The notes: generated by a model from the letters alone, not told the origin. Shown: positions 17,428-25,174, counted from the first letter of the stretch. The stretch: 30,991 bases of DNA from a virus (IMGVR_UViG_3300027772_000112:1-30991); one strand, 5' to 3'. Program-made: numbers and translations.

Positions 17428-18500
17428 TGGAAAATACAACCTAGTTCACGGTAGCAGGTCATGCGCTTCTTAGCGTGGAATGCTCCGATGGGGTGGAATT
17501 TGTCAGAGAAATCTACGATTGTCGCGCAGTTCTTGGTTTCTGTTTTTCGCAATGCCCGACTGGCTCGTTGGATGGTTTTCTGCGACGACCGACCGCCGCT
17601 GACCATGATGAGCAGATCGACGTTGGGCAGATCCAATCCTTCGTCGGCCAAGCTTGTGGCGATCATGGTTCGCAGGTTACCAGCCTTGAATTCTTCCATC
17701 GCGGCCTTGCGTTGCTTCTTGCCGATCTTGGAATGGACGAGCCGAGAATTCGGAATCCGTTTCTCGTAATCCTCGCCCAGCGTGATGCGCGGGATAAGGA
17801 TGAGGGTCTGCATGTCGAGGTGTTCGACCGCGTAGTTGATGGCGTATTTGTTGCGCTCGCGGTTCTGGCAGATGCCGATATCGACAATCGATTCCCAAGC
17901 GCACATCCGTTTGAGTTCATCCTCCCTGATCCGCATGTACTTGACGCGAGTGTTGAAGAGCCGGTCGATGTTGTCGTCGATCTTCTGCTGGAGGTTCAGG
18001 TCCGTGGCGTGGCTGATTTCGAGGTAAGCGTCGGCCAATGAATCGCCAATGTCGCTTCGCTTGATTTCGTAGGTGCGGTTGTGGAAGAGCGTTCGCGTCA
18101 CCGCGTTTCGATCTGGATCGTCGCCCCAAGGAGTGGCGTCAAAGCCATAACGTATACCGTTACAGGATTCGATGATGCGACGCCATCCAGCGGCGGCGCT
18201 GTGCTTCGCTTCGTCCACGATGAGCATGTCCTTCTTGCTGAAGTCCACTGACTCATGCGGACAGCGGACATCCACAATCTCATCAGGCACACCGGCAACA
18301 CGGAGCGATGTGCGCGCTTGCTGACATGTTTCTCGGGTCGGAGCAAGCCATCCAAATCTCAATCCAGATCCGCAGTTTTGATAGTTCTTGATGATGCTCG
18401 CGGCAATCCATGTCTTACCGCTACCGGCGGGGGCGACGATCAGACCATCGCTAGTTTTGGCCCACTCTACTGCTTTTTGTTGGTATTCTCTTAGATTCAT
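17424..18500 (-). CDS. Superfamily 2 DNA helicase (DExH-like)
   Basis: Q motif LREYQ, APAGSGKT, IVDEAKH, GFDATP, DEGLDLP, QRASRALR. Confidence 0.9.
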   Translation of the reverse strand: MNLREYQQKAVEWAKTSDGLIVAPAGSGKTWIAASIIKNYQNCGSGLRFGWLAPTRETCQQARTSLRVAGVPDEIVDVRCPHESVDFSKKDMLIVDEAKHSAAAGWRRIIESCNGIRYGFDATPWGDDPDRNAVTRTLFHNRTYEIKRSDIGDSLADAYLEISHATDLNLQQKIDDNIDRLFNTRVKYMRIREDELKRMCAWESIVDIGICQNRERNKYAINYAVEHLDMQTLILIPRITLGEDYEKRIPNSRLVHSKIGKKQRKAAMEEFKAGNLRTMIATSLADEGLDLPNVDLLIMVSGGRSSQKTIQRASRALRKTETKNCATIVDFSDKFHPIGAFHAKKRMTCYRELGCIFQ

Positions 18501-18516
18501 AATTTTAGGAAATTTG

Positions 18517-18574
18517 CCCCTCCGCCCACTGCTTCATAGCAGACGAAGGGGATTGTCCGTGCCACAAGGCACGG
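18517..18574. promoter_or_regulatory. Two adjacent intergenic stem-loops upstream of the helicase
   Basis: CCGTGCC-ACAA-GGCACGG (18557-18574, perfect 7 bp) and an interrupted hairpin at 18517-18551. Confidence 0.55.
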
Positions 18575-18580
18575 CTCGCG

Positions 18581-18778
18581 TCATTCGTTCGTTGTACTGT
18601 CGGTAGAAAGCGCGCTCGATTGCGTCGTGGCGCACTTCTTGTTCAGCAACTTCCTTAACGCTTGATTGGCGAAAAATCCGATCTTCAGCCCATTCTCGTC
18701 GCAATATTTGCGAACCTCTTCGTGGAGCGCCGAGTCGATGGTGATAACTGTGTATTTGGCTGGTTTCTTCATAATCAC
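18581..18778 (-). CDS. Ribbon-helix-helix-like DNA-binding protein
   Basis: YTVITIDSALHEEVRKYCDENGLKIGFFANQALRKLL: strand then two helices with the turn Gly. Confidence 0.7.
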   Translation of the reverse strand: MIMKKPAKYTVITIDSALHEEVRKYCDENGLKIGFFANQALRKLLNKKCATTQSSALSTDSTTNE

Positions 18779-19287
18779 TCGCTCTTCATCGGAGTCGATT
18801 GAACGCCATTGTAGGCGATGGTCTTCGGCCTAAAGATGCCCACTTGTTCCGTTTCCTCGACCCAACTAGGACCGCCGCGAATGTGGAAAATGCAGGAAGA
18901 CATTCCGTTCCATGACTTGGTGGATGACTTGGCCGAGGTGTAGGCAGATCCAAACGTAGCGTTTAGATCGTCGCTCGACATAGCCTTGACGTTGGCCCAG
19001 TCGATGTCGCCTGCATGCCATAATTTGAAGCCTAGCTCCAGAGGTGCGACAACCTCTGCGATGCCGGGAAAGTGCCACACCCACTCGTCGTGGCTACTGG
19101 CATCACCGCTCATAACAGCATAGCACTGGTAATTGCCAAGCGGTACGGAGCCGCTTCCCCAGTCACAGCTCTCGCCGGGTTTTAGGACTGCGGAACGTGA
19201 CGGATGGTCGTTGCATTTGGGCTGCTCAAAGAGAGCAACCAATACTGGGACTTCGGTCTGGTTTTCGATTTTGATGTGGGTACTCAT
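18775..19287 (-). CDS. Hypothetical protein
   Basis: 170 aa from ATG 19287, 2 nt after the upstream stop; stop overlaps the downstream start. Confidence 0.75.
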   Translation of the reverse strand: MSTHIKIENQTEVPVLVALFEQPKCNDHPSRSAVLKPGESCDWGSGSVPLGNYQCYAVMSGDASSHDEWVWHFPGIAEVVAPLELGFKLWHAGDIDWANVKAMSSDDLNATFGSAYTSAKSSTKSWNGMSSCIFHIRGGPSWVEETEQVGIFRPKTIAYNGVQSTPMKSE

Positions 19288-19289
19288 AA

Positions 19290-19832
19290 TTATTCGGAGG
19301 TGTAAACGGTGTCGGTTGTGATAAGTCCGGTTGGCCATTCAGTTTCAGTGAATGACTTCTCGATAAAGACCACCTTGTCGGTGGGTTGGATTGTGAGTCT
19401 GTTGCCATCGGTTCGGATGAACATGAACTCTTTGGCCTGATCAGGTTGACGGCTCCAGCTATCGCCGATGGGTGCGGCGGTGAAGAGGTAGTCGCCAGTG
19501 GTGATTAAGTCATCGCACTTAACTTTGCATTCGAGTCCTCGGAGGAACGTATACTCGATGGTGGCGAAATCGGTTCCGTAGCAATCCCATCGCTGAGCGT
19601 TTTGTTTGCTCCAGATTGGGTCAGGTTGTAAATCGAATGCTATGGCGTGAGGCGGTACGGCTCTATAGACCGCTCCGCATTCCAACATGATGGTACAACC
19701 CCACATTCGACCGGGAATGGATACCAAGCCAAACCAGATGCATGGGACGAAGCCAGCGCCAGAGCCTAAAAATGAGGCATCTACGAAGCAGTATTGGTGA
19801 TGGGGGATTTGCCCAGCTTGCGAGTAGATCAT
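19290..19832 (-). CDS. Conserved phage hypothetical protein
   Basis: CIWFGLVSIPGR...LECGAVYR...QRWDCYG pattern recalled from aquatic phages; ATGA-coupled. Confidence 0.75.
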   Translation of the reverse strand: MIYSQAGQIPHHQYCFVDASFLGSGAGFVPCIWFGLVSIPGRMWGCTIMLECGAVYRAVPPHAIAFDLQPDPIWSKQNAQRWDCYGTDFATIEYTFLRGLECKVKCDDLITTGDYLFTAAPIGDSWSRQPDQAKEFMFIRTDGNRLTIQPTDKVVFIEKSFTETEWPTGLITTDTVYTSE

Positions 19833-20017
19833 TGCAGGATGAAGTCGAAGTTGGTCTTCCAGTTGTCTCCAAGTCGGTTGTAGGTGTCGTTACGGATCTT
19901 CCAAGTGCGCGGATCGCGGGTCGTCTTGGTGTGACGGCAGCGGATTCTGACATCGATGTCTTTGAGTGCCACATTTCTTAGCCGGTCGTCCTCCGGCAGT
20001 TCGTGAAGGTGTTTCAT
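19829..20017 (-). CDS. Hypothetical protein
   Basis: 62 aa, ATGA-coupled at both ends. Confidence 0.65.
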   Translation of the reverse strand: MKHLHELPEDDRLRNVALKDIDVRIRCRHTKTTRDPRTWKIRNDTYNRLGDNWKTNFDFILQ

Positions 20018-20211
20018 GTAAGAAGGTGTTTGATGATCTGATTTCTGTCTTTAATCGTCGCTCGTAGAATGCTCTCAAGAACAACGTGAGGGTTGATTGT
20101 CGCGACGTGTTTCCACTCTGGATTGCCATCCACGTTTCGAGCTGTATCAATACTGTCAACGCGGATCATGCCGTTGGTTTTGTGGACGTAGATGAAGGCG
20201 CAGTCTCTCAT
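20014..20211 (-). CDS. Hypothetical protein
   Basis: 65 aa, AAGGAGG upstream, ATGA-coupled. Confidence 0.65.
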   Translation of the reverse strand: MRDCAFIYVHKTNGMIRVDSIDTARNVDGNPEWKHVATINPHVVLESILRATIKDRNQIIKHLLT

Positions 20212-20288
20212 TTAACCTCCTTCTCATTCCACAACAGCAGATCGCCTACGTTGTGAGCGGTTGAGTCGGATATTGGGGTATCGCTCAC
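20208..20288 (-). CDS. 26-aa mini-ORF, possible deletion remnant of the modular family
   Basis: GTG start in the 27-bp repeat after AAGGAGG; encodes (M)SDTPISDSTAHNVGDLLLWNEKEVK; stop overlaps the next ATG. Confidence 0.5.
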   Translation of the reverse strand: MSDTPISDSTAHNVGDLLLWNEKEVK

Positions 20289-20602
20289 GGCTTGGCCTCC
20301 TTGGCTTTGTGCCACAATTGCTTTGCTGGAAGATTCTCTCCAGCTATAGATAAAAGACATTCGTCTAAGTAGTTTCCAGCTTTCACTAACCGATTGATAT
20401 ACTCCTCTTGCTCGCGAATCTTGGTGGCCTGTGCATCGGCCAGCCATTCCTGCTTCATCAGTCCAAGAACCATTTTGGCAGCGTCTGTGGCGGGTATGGA
20501 TTCGTTGACCGTGAACCCACCATCCAGATCGACCCGCATGATTTGGGTCGTTGGATTGGATATTGGGTGGCTGTTGGTTGAAAAGTAGATTGGTTCGCTC
20601 AT
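20285..20602 (-). CDS. Hypothetical protein, modular family ending KAKEAKP
   Basis: ATG 20602 (MSEPIY) overlaps the upstream stop and has AAGGAG upstream. Confidence 0.7.
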   Translation of the reverse strand: MSEPIYFSTNSHPISNPTTQIMRVDLDGGFTVNESIPATDAAKMVLGLMKQEWLADAQATKIREQEEYINRLVKAGNYLDECLLSIAGENLPAKQLWHKAKEAKP

Positions 20603-20787
20603 TTGCACTCCTTCCATTTAAACTCCGCTTCTCCGCGTTCGTTCGCAACCCATTGAGCATGGCCCGTCTTCACCGCTGATGTTTTCCATGAGCTGTTGGT
20701 TGATATCGTTCCGAGCAACATACCAACAACAAACCCCAAACCGAAAGGGAGGATCAGAATTGGCCACGGGAAATATTTGTCACTCAC
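20599..20787 (-). CDS. Small membrane protein
   Basis: GTG start in the junction repeat; hydrophobic WPILILPFGLGFVVGMLLG. Confidence 0.7.
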   Translation of the reverse strand: MSDKYFPWPILILPFGLGFVVGMLLGTISTNSSWKTSAVKTGHAQWVANERGEAEFKWKECK

Positions 20788-20990
20788 GGCTTGGCCTCCT
20801 TGGCTTTGTACTGCCGAATCCAGTTGTCGATGGCATTTAGAACAGCGGCATGGCTGTTTTCTACGCTCTCCAACCGCTTGATTCGCTCGTTTGCTGCGTT
20901 GAGCTGCTGGGTTAGCTCGTCAATCCGTTGCTGTGCGCCCCAACAAGTGCCGTAGCATTGCTCTTGAATTGTATTTTCGGATTCACTCAT
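20784..20990 (-). CDS. Hypothetical coiled-coil protein, modular family ending KAKEAKP
   Basis: ATG 20990 after AAGGAG; contains LNAANERIKRLE. Confidence 0.7.
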   Translation of the reverse strand: MSESENTIQEQCYGTCWGAQQRIDELTQQLNAANERIKRLESVENSHAAVLNAIDNWIRQYKAKEAKP

Positions 20991-21208
20991 TGCTTGTTCT
21001 CCTTTGCTCGCTGCCATGCGTTGGCCAGCAACCGATAGTTTGAGTCGGAAATAGCACCATCCTTCAGCCATTCAATCAGCTCGTTACCAGAACTCTTGAG
21101 TAGCTTGATGTGCTCATTGGCCGCGTTGAGTTCGCGTTCGATGTTCTCAGCTACTATTTGTAGATCGTAAATGTTACACGCCGCATCCGTCCTCGGTGTT
21201 TCACTCAC
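20987..21208 (-). CDS. Hypothetical coiled-coil protein, modular family
   Basis: GTG start in the junction repeat; SETPRTDAA...ERELNAANEHIKLL...WQRAKENKQ. Confidence 0.7.
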   Translation of the reverse strand: MSETPRTDAACNIYDLQIVAENIERELNAANEHIKLLKSSGNELIEWLKDGAISDSNYRLLANAWQRAKENKQ

Positions 21209-21543
21209 GGCTTGGCCTCCTTGGATTTGTTCCACTTCTCAATCTCCATGTGCCACCCCATAAAGGCGGCAGCAGCGCATAGCGCATCCCCCGCCTCCTC
21301 CAACCGCTTGATGCGGTCTTGTAACCCACGCACAACAACCACTCCCTGCTCGATTTCGTCTGTTCCAAGCAATTCTCGGAACTCTTCGCGGAGGCTGACT
21401 CTTTGATCGGCTTGCAATCGTGCAGTGTCGCGCTCTGCAATGAGCAATCGAATGCGGTCGTGGGCATCGGCTAGTTCGTGTTCTACGTCCAGCAAGTACG
21501 CTTGAGCTGACTGGAGTGGGGTCATAATTTCTTTTGGTTTCAT
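21205..21543 (-). CDS. Hypothetical coiled-coil protein, modular family ending KSKEAKP
   Basis: 112 aa; contains RIKRLEEAGD and ends WNKSKEAKP. Confidence 0.72.
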   Translation of the reverse strand: MKPKEIMTPLQSAQAYLLDVEHELADAHDRIRLLIAERDTARLQADQRVSLREEFRELLGTDEIEQGVVVVRGLQDRIKRLEEAGDALCAAAAFMGWHMEIEKWNKSKEAKP

Positions 21544-21598
21544 AGATACAAAATTTATTGAGCGTTATCTCGGAATGCGCTCCCCTCCGTGAGGCGGT

Positions 21599-22036
21599 TT
21601 AGAACGGCTTCGGATCAAGCTCGTCGCCATCGGCTTCGGCAATCGGAACCTCGCGCATGTTCTTGATGCGGAGCGTCTTCTTCGTCTCGCCGTTGACCAT
21701 ATACTCCTCAAAGCGAGCAGTGATGAGCAACTCCAAGCCGGTCATCGACTTAAGGAACGCCGCGTAACTGCCTTTAACGCCAAGGAAGTCGTACTCGGTT
21801 CCATCTGGAACATTGTGCTTCGTTGCTGCGACGAGCTGATTGACGCGAAACCAGACATTCTCCTGATTGATCATTCGGTCAGTGATGGATGCGCCATCTT
21901 CAGTCTTGAACGTCACCTTGCAGACCTCGCGGCCCTTCGCGTCAAGGGTTTCCTCGACCTTGGCTACGGTGACGGTGTAGTCGCCTTCGGCGTTGATGTA
22001 GCTGCCCCCGGCGTCCTTGCGGTTTACTGTGAACAT
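21599..22036 (-). CDS. DUF669-like putative ssDNA-binding protein
   Basis: YINAEGDYTVTVAKVEE...CKVTFK; acidic tail ending EADGDELDPKPF; directly follows recT/recE-like genes. Confidence 0.7.
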   Translation of the reverse strand: MFTVNRKDAGGSYINAEGDYTVTVAKVEETLDAKGREVCKVTFKTEDGASITDRMINQENVWFRVNQLVAATKHNVPDGTEYDFLGVKGSYAAFLKSMTGLELLITARFEEYMVNGETKKTLRIKNMREVPIAEADGDELDPKPF

Positions 22037-22050
22037 AATTTATTCGGTGG

Positions 22051-22845
22051 TTAGTTTTCGGATTTATTCAAGACCCACTTAGGGCATGAAAGGGTTTGTG
22101 TAGCGGTTGGATAGGCTGGCCAACTGTCCAGTGCGCGGCATTCGTGCAGCGTCGAGATTGCTTTGCGTCGCAGATTCGCACCAGCCTTAAGCCATTCGGC
22201 ATCCAGTCGATAGATGGCGACAGCGTACGGAGCCTTACGTTCGACCGCTACAAAGACGAAGGCATCAGCACCAGTCATCTCCAGATAGTGCGCGGCCTGA
22301 ATGTGGTAGCCGAACGATGCGATGGTTCGCAGGAAGGCTTCGGGCGATGCGTCGTCGGTCGTTTTGATGTCAACGAGGGTATGACCCTCGATCCACAGAT
22401 CGGGACGTGCTTTAAGGGCGATGCCGGTTTCCTCGTCCTGAGCGAACACGCTGGCTTCGATCCGGTGGTCGAGATGAATGATGTCCCAGAACGGATGGCG
22501 ACGGACACTGTTGGCCACTCCTTGCACATCGATGTCTTCAGCGTGAGTCAGGTGGATGCGGCTCTTATGCTGCTCCTTCCACGCTTTACCCTCCTTCGTA
22601 CGTCCATCGATGTCCGGCGGAATTACGGCGACGACTTGCGAGTAGAGTTGCGGCTCAAGTACAGCGGTGTGAATCGCCGTACCCATCTGCATGGCCTTGC
22701 TCGGCTCCTGATGCTCCTCAAGCGCGGCCCGATAATGCGCCGGGGACTTGAGGATCTTACTCATCATGCTCTTGGAGAGAGCATCAACGGCGTGATACTG
22801 AGCCGCTGGCATGTCGAGGTTGACGTGTTGGTTGAGGATGCTCAT
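22051..22845 (-). CDS. recE: RecE/exonuclease VIII-like PD-(D/E)XK nuclease
   Basis: YHAVDALSKS, GTAIHTAVLEP, KARPD, LVDIKTT, YHIQAAHY, FVFVAVERKAPY. Confidence 0.88.
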   Translation of the reverse strand: MSILNQHVNLDMPAAQYHAVDALSKSMMSKILKSPAHYRAALEEHQEPSKAMQMGTAIHTAVLEPQLYSQVVAVIPPDIDGRTKEGKAWKEQHKSRIHLTHAEDIDVQGVANSVRRHPFWDIIHLDHRIEASVFAQDEETGIALKARPDLWIEGHTLVDIKTTDDASPEAFLRTIASFGYHIQAAHYLEMTGADAFVFVAVERKAPYAVAIYRLDAEWLKAGANLRRKAISTLHECRALDSWPAYPTATQTLSCPKWVLNKSEN

Positions 22846-23636
22846 TCGGTGGGCGGGTTAGCGAACGCTTTAGCCTTGGAGATGAAGCCGTCGGCATCGG
22901 CGACGATCATGTTGGCCACCTTCGTGGATACATCGCGGAAGTTCTGGCCTTCCTTGATGAGGTTCTTGCTGATGAGGAACGCGTTTGCCGCTTCGGAATG
23001 TGGCTCAAGAATCTGCTCCAGTCGTTCGACGAGCGAGAAGGCCGGTTCCGGCGTCACGTTGACCGTCTGGCGCGTCGTAGCGGTGATGGTGGGTGTTGGT
23101 GAAGGGTTGGAGAAGTCGGCCACTTCCTCGGGCGTGTAACGACCTTGCGTGATTCGCGGATCGAGCATGCGTGTCGCCTTAGAGATGACACGCGCTCGCA
23201 GCATCTCGGCGGGGAACTTCGCCCATCCACTGCCAGCCTTTGCGGGTAACAGACCAGCCAGCTTTGCGTCGTCGGAGGTGAACGATACGCGGACCTTCTT
23301 CACGCCCTTCGAGAAGTCGGCGATGGCGGCGATGGCGTCGAACTGAATCCAGTCGATGTCCCAACCGGCGGTCATCAACCCAGAGAGCATCGATTCGCTC
23401 TTCATGGTGATATTGCCGTTGATGAGGTGGTTCTCTCTTTTCCAGCTCAGCGGAGTCATCCGGCTGGCGATGCACTCCAAAGCTAGGACATAGCCTTGCT
23501 CGGGTTTGACGCATCCGAACATGCCGGAATGCGCTATCCAGTCGCCCATCGTTTTTACCGCGTCCATCGGACTGTCGATCCTGTCATAGAAGTCAGGACT
23601 GGACGGTTGCGTTGTCGCTAATTGGTTGCTGCTCAT
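22842..23636 (-). CDS. recT: RecT-like ssDNA annealing protein
   Basis: HLINGNITMKSESM, FTSDDAKLAGL...GWAKFPAEMLRARVIS...GRYTPEE; coupled to the exonuclease. Confidence 0.75.
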   Translation of the reverse strand: MSSNQLATTQPSSPDFYDRIDSPMDAVKTMGDWIAHSGMFGCVKPEQGYVLALECIASRMTPLSWKRENHLINGNITMKSESMLSGLMTAGWDIDWIQFDAIAAIADFSKGVKKVRVSFTSDDAKLAGLLPAKAGSGWAKFPAEMLRARVISKATRMLDPRITQGRYTPEEVADFSNPSPTPTITATTRQTVNVTPEPAFSLVERLEQILEPHSEAANAFLISKNLIKEGQNFRDVSTKVANMIVADADGFISKAKAFANPPTE

Positions 23637-23853
23637 TTGTATTCTCTTGTTGTTTCTTTGTTTTTCTTGCGTATGGGTTCACTGCTCCGGTTGTCGCTCG
23701 ACTTTGCAAAATCGCGGCGATGTCGGACTCGGTGAACAAGATTCGTCGGCCAATTCTCCTATGCTGGACGCCGTCATGGCGCACGATCCGTCGGAGCGTT
23801 TCAGTGCATATCTGGAGCATCTCTGCTGTGGCCTTGGCCGTATAAACTTTCAC
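23593..23853 (-). CDS. Excisionase-like helix-turn-helix DNA-binding protein
   Basis: VYTAKATAEMLQICTETLRRIVRHDGVQHRRIGRRILFTESDI: winged HTH of the Xis/HTH_17 type. Confidence 0.82.
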   Translation of the reverse strand: MKVYTAKATAEMLQICTETLRRIVRHDGVQHRRIGRRILFTESDIAAILQSRATTGAVNPYARKTKKQQENTNEQQPISDNATVQS

Positions 23854-24047
23854 TTGGAAAAAATCGACAGCGTTCGGGTGTTAACTTGGGAAACCAATGC
23901 GTAAACCCGTCGAAGCCTCTCGCTCCGCTCTATGCCCGAACGCTGAAAAGGGGTTGCAATCAGGTGTTCAGTCACGGGCGAAAATCCACTAACGCCCTGT
24001 CGCGAGTTCTCTTCGCGCTCTAAGTCTGATTGCAGAAAATTGGTCAT
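23850..24047 (-). CDS. Possible leader ORF running through a structured element
   Basis: 65 aa; ATG just downstream of a candidate promoter; stop overlaps the HTH GTG (GTGA). No protein motif recognised. Confidence 0.35.
   Translation of the reverse strand: MTNFLQSDLEREENSRQGVSGFSPVTEHLIATPFQRSGIERSERLRRVYALVSQVNTRTLSIFSK
23868..24035. ncRNA. Candidate two-domain structured RNA
   Basis: Perfect stems CAGCGTTCGGG/CCCGAACGCTG (23868-78/23935-45) and TGCAATCAG/CTGATTGCA (23955-63/24026-34), each enclosing smaller hairpins. Confidence 0.5.
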
Positions 24048-24059
24048 CGTTGCATGCGT

Positions 24060-24088
24060 AGCTTTGCAGTTGTCTCAAGTCGTTGCAA
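24060..24088 (-). promoter_or_regulatory. Candidate sigma70-type promoter
   Basis: TTGCAA-17 nt-AAAGCT on the minus strand; weak -10 match. Confidence 0.35.
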
Positions 24089-24497
24089 GAGGATATTGAA
24101 AAACTTTTCGACCGAGGCGTTCTTCGATTCTCTGAAGGTAGGCCACTTGGTCCGGCGTTCCGTTCTGGCCGCTGCCGTTGAGGAACGTGATACGTTGATC
24201 CATCAGGTGGTCCTTGCGCCGCTGCCATTCCTTGTCTGACTCGCCATCGTGGCGATAGATCGTGTACGGGCCATGATGGAGTTCCAGAGTGTACTGCTCA
24301 GCGTTCGGATTGATGGGCGTTTTCTCTGGCTTCGGGCCAAAGCCTTCCCATGCGTTGTCGTCGCTGTCGGATTCAAGCGATTCCTCGATGTCGCTGATCT
24401 TCTTGGTGGTGGATTTCATCATCGCCTCAATCGATCCGAGGCGTTGGTTAATCTTTTCGACGGTGGTGAAGAGAATTCCGATCTTATCGTCAGTCAT
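24075..24497 (-). CDS. Hypothetical protein
   Basis: 140 aa; N-terminal coiled coil and acidic linker. Confidence 0.72.
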   Translation of the reverse strand: MTDDKIGILFTTVEKINQRLGSIEAMMKSTTKKISDIEESLESDSDDNAWEGFGPKPEKTPINPNAEQYTLELHHGPYTIYRHDGESDKEWQRRKDHLMDQRITFLNGSGQNGTPDQVAYLQRIEERLGRKVFQYPLATT

Positions 24498-24509
24498 AAT
24501 TTTTCAGGT

Positions 24510-24983
24510 TTAGTTGCCGGTTGAACTGTCTTTTGCGGAAAGGTTGCGGAACTTGGCGAGTAGATCTTCGATAGATGTGTCAACCACGGGTTCCAGCCCC
24601 GGTTCGGTAGGCTTCTCGTCATCGGCCTTCTGCTTTCTCTTACGCTGCTTCCCCTTGCGAAGCGCATTGATAGCTTTCCAAATCTGGGCGATTTCGCGAC
24701 GCAGGTCCGAGAGCTTGCGCGATTCAAGATCCTTCTGAGCCTCCTCATCGGACGGCTTCCAATCGCATCCATGCCAGACTCGATGGGTTCGATCAAAAAC
24801 CAAGACCTGACTCTTGACGTTCCGCATCGAGCCAAACGCCCGATTAGCCTCGACCAACCCACCGCCAATCGTCTCGACAATGTAGGCCAACAACTCGGAC
24901 TTTTCCGAATTCAGATTGTGCCTCTTCGGCGGCATTTCTCGGAACGTCGAACGAAGCGTGGAGCCATTTGATAAGTAACTCAT
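24510..24983 (-). CDS. Hypothetical protein
   Basis: 157 aa with a candidate promoter immediately upstream. Confidence 0.72.
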   Translation of the reverse strand: MSYLSNGSTLRSTFREMPPKRHNLNSEKSELLAYIVETIGGGLVEANRAFGSMRNVKSQVLVFDRTHRVWHGCDWKPSDEEAQKDLESRKLSDLRREIAQIWKAINALRKGKQRKRKQKADDEKPTEPGLEPVVDTSIEDLLAKFRNLSAKDSSTGN

Positions 24984-24992
24984 GGTGGAAAA

Positions 24993-25021
24993 CAGATAAG
25001 TCTCTTTTGTCGTCTAGTCAA
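24993..25021 (-). promoter_or_regulatory. Candidate sigma70-type promoter
   Basis: TTGACT-17 nt-TATCTG on the minus strand, 9 nt before ATG 24983. Confidence 0.45.
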
Positions 25022-25079
25022 CGTAAATCTACCAATGGCTCCTTTTAAGTTATCCTTGGTCTACCTAGCTCATCTAAAG

Positions 25080-25174
25080 ATAAGCCTCCCCTTTCTAAAA
25101 AAGGGGAGAGGCTTATTCCGAAAACGGAATGCTTGCGCTCCGCCTTTGGGGGCGGTGCCGCTTCCGTTTCGGAA
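25080..25174. repeat. Two back-to-back long inverted repeats (candidate origin or regulatory element)
   Basis: ATAAGCCTC...GAGGCTTAT (25080-25116) and TTCCGAAAACGGAA...TTCCGTTTCGGAA (25116-25174) enclosing CCGCC/GGCGG. Confidence 0.8.

Larger units (their letters stand above)
20284..21230 (-). repeat. Three dispersed 27-bp gene-junction repeats
   Basis: Plus-strand CTCACGGCTTGGCCTCCTTGGCTTTGT at 20284-20310, 20783-20809 and 21204-21230 (one mismatch). Confidence 0.95.

Noticed and set aside
20284-21230. 27-bp repeats as a CRISPR array or att sites
   Set aside because: Spacing is 420-500 bp, the repeats are coding junctions, and no cas or integrase gene is present.
21557-21597. Short stems GAGCG/CGCTC and CCTC/GAGG downstream of the DUF669-like gene
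   Set aside because: Stems of only 4-5 bp; too weak to distinguish from chance.
22096-23139. 347-aa plus-strand ORF
   Set aside because: Lies wholly antisense to recE/recT-like genes and has no recognisable motif.
23593-23853. Excisionase-like gene as proof of a temperate lifestyle
   Set aside because: This HTH type often acts as a regulator, and no integrase, repressor or att site is seen in the window.
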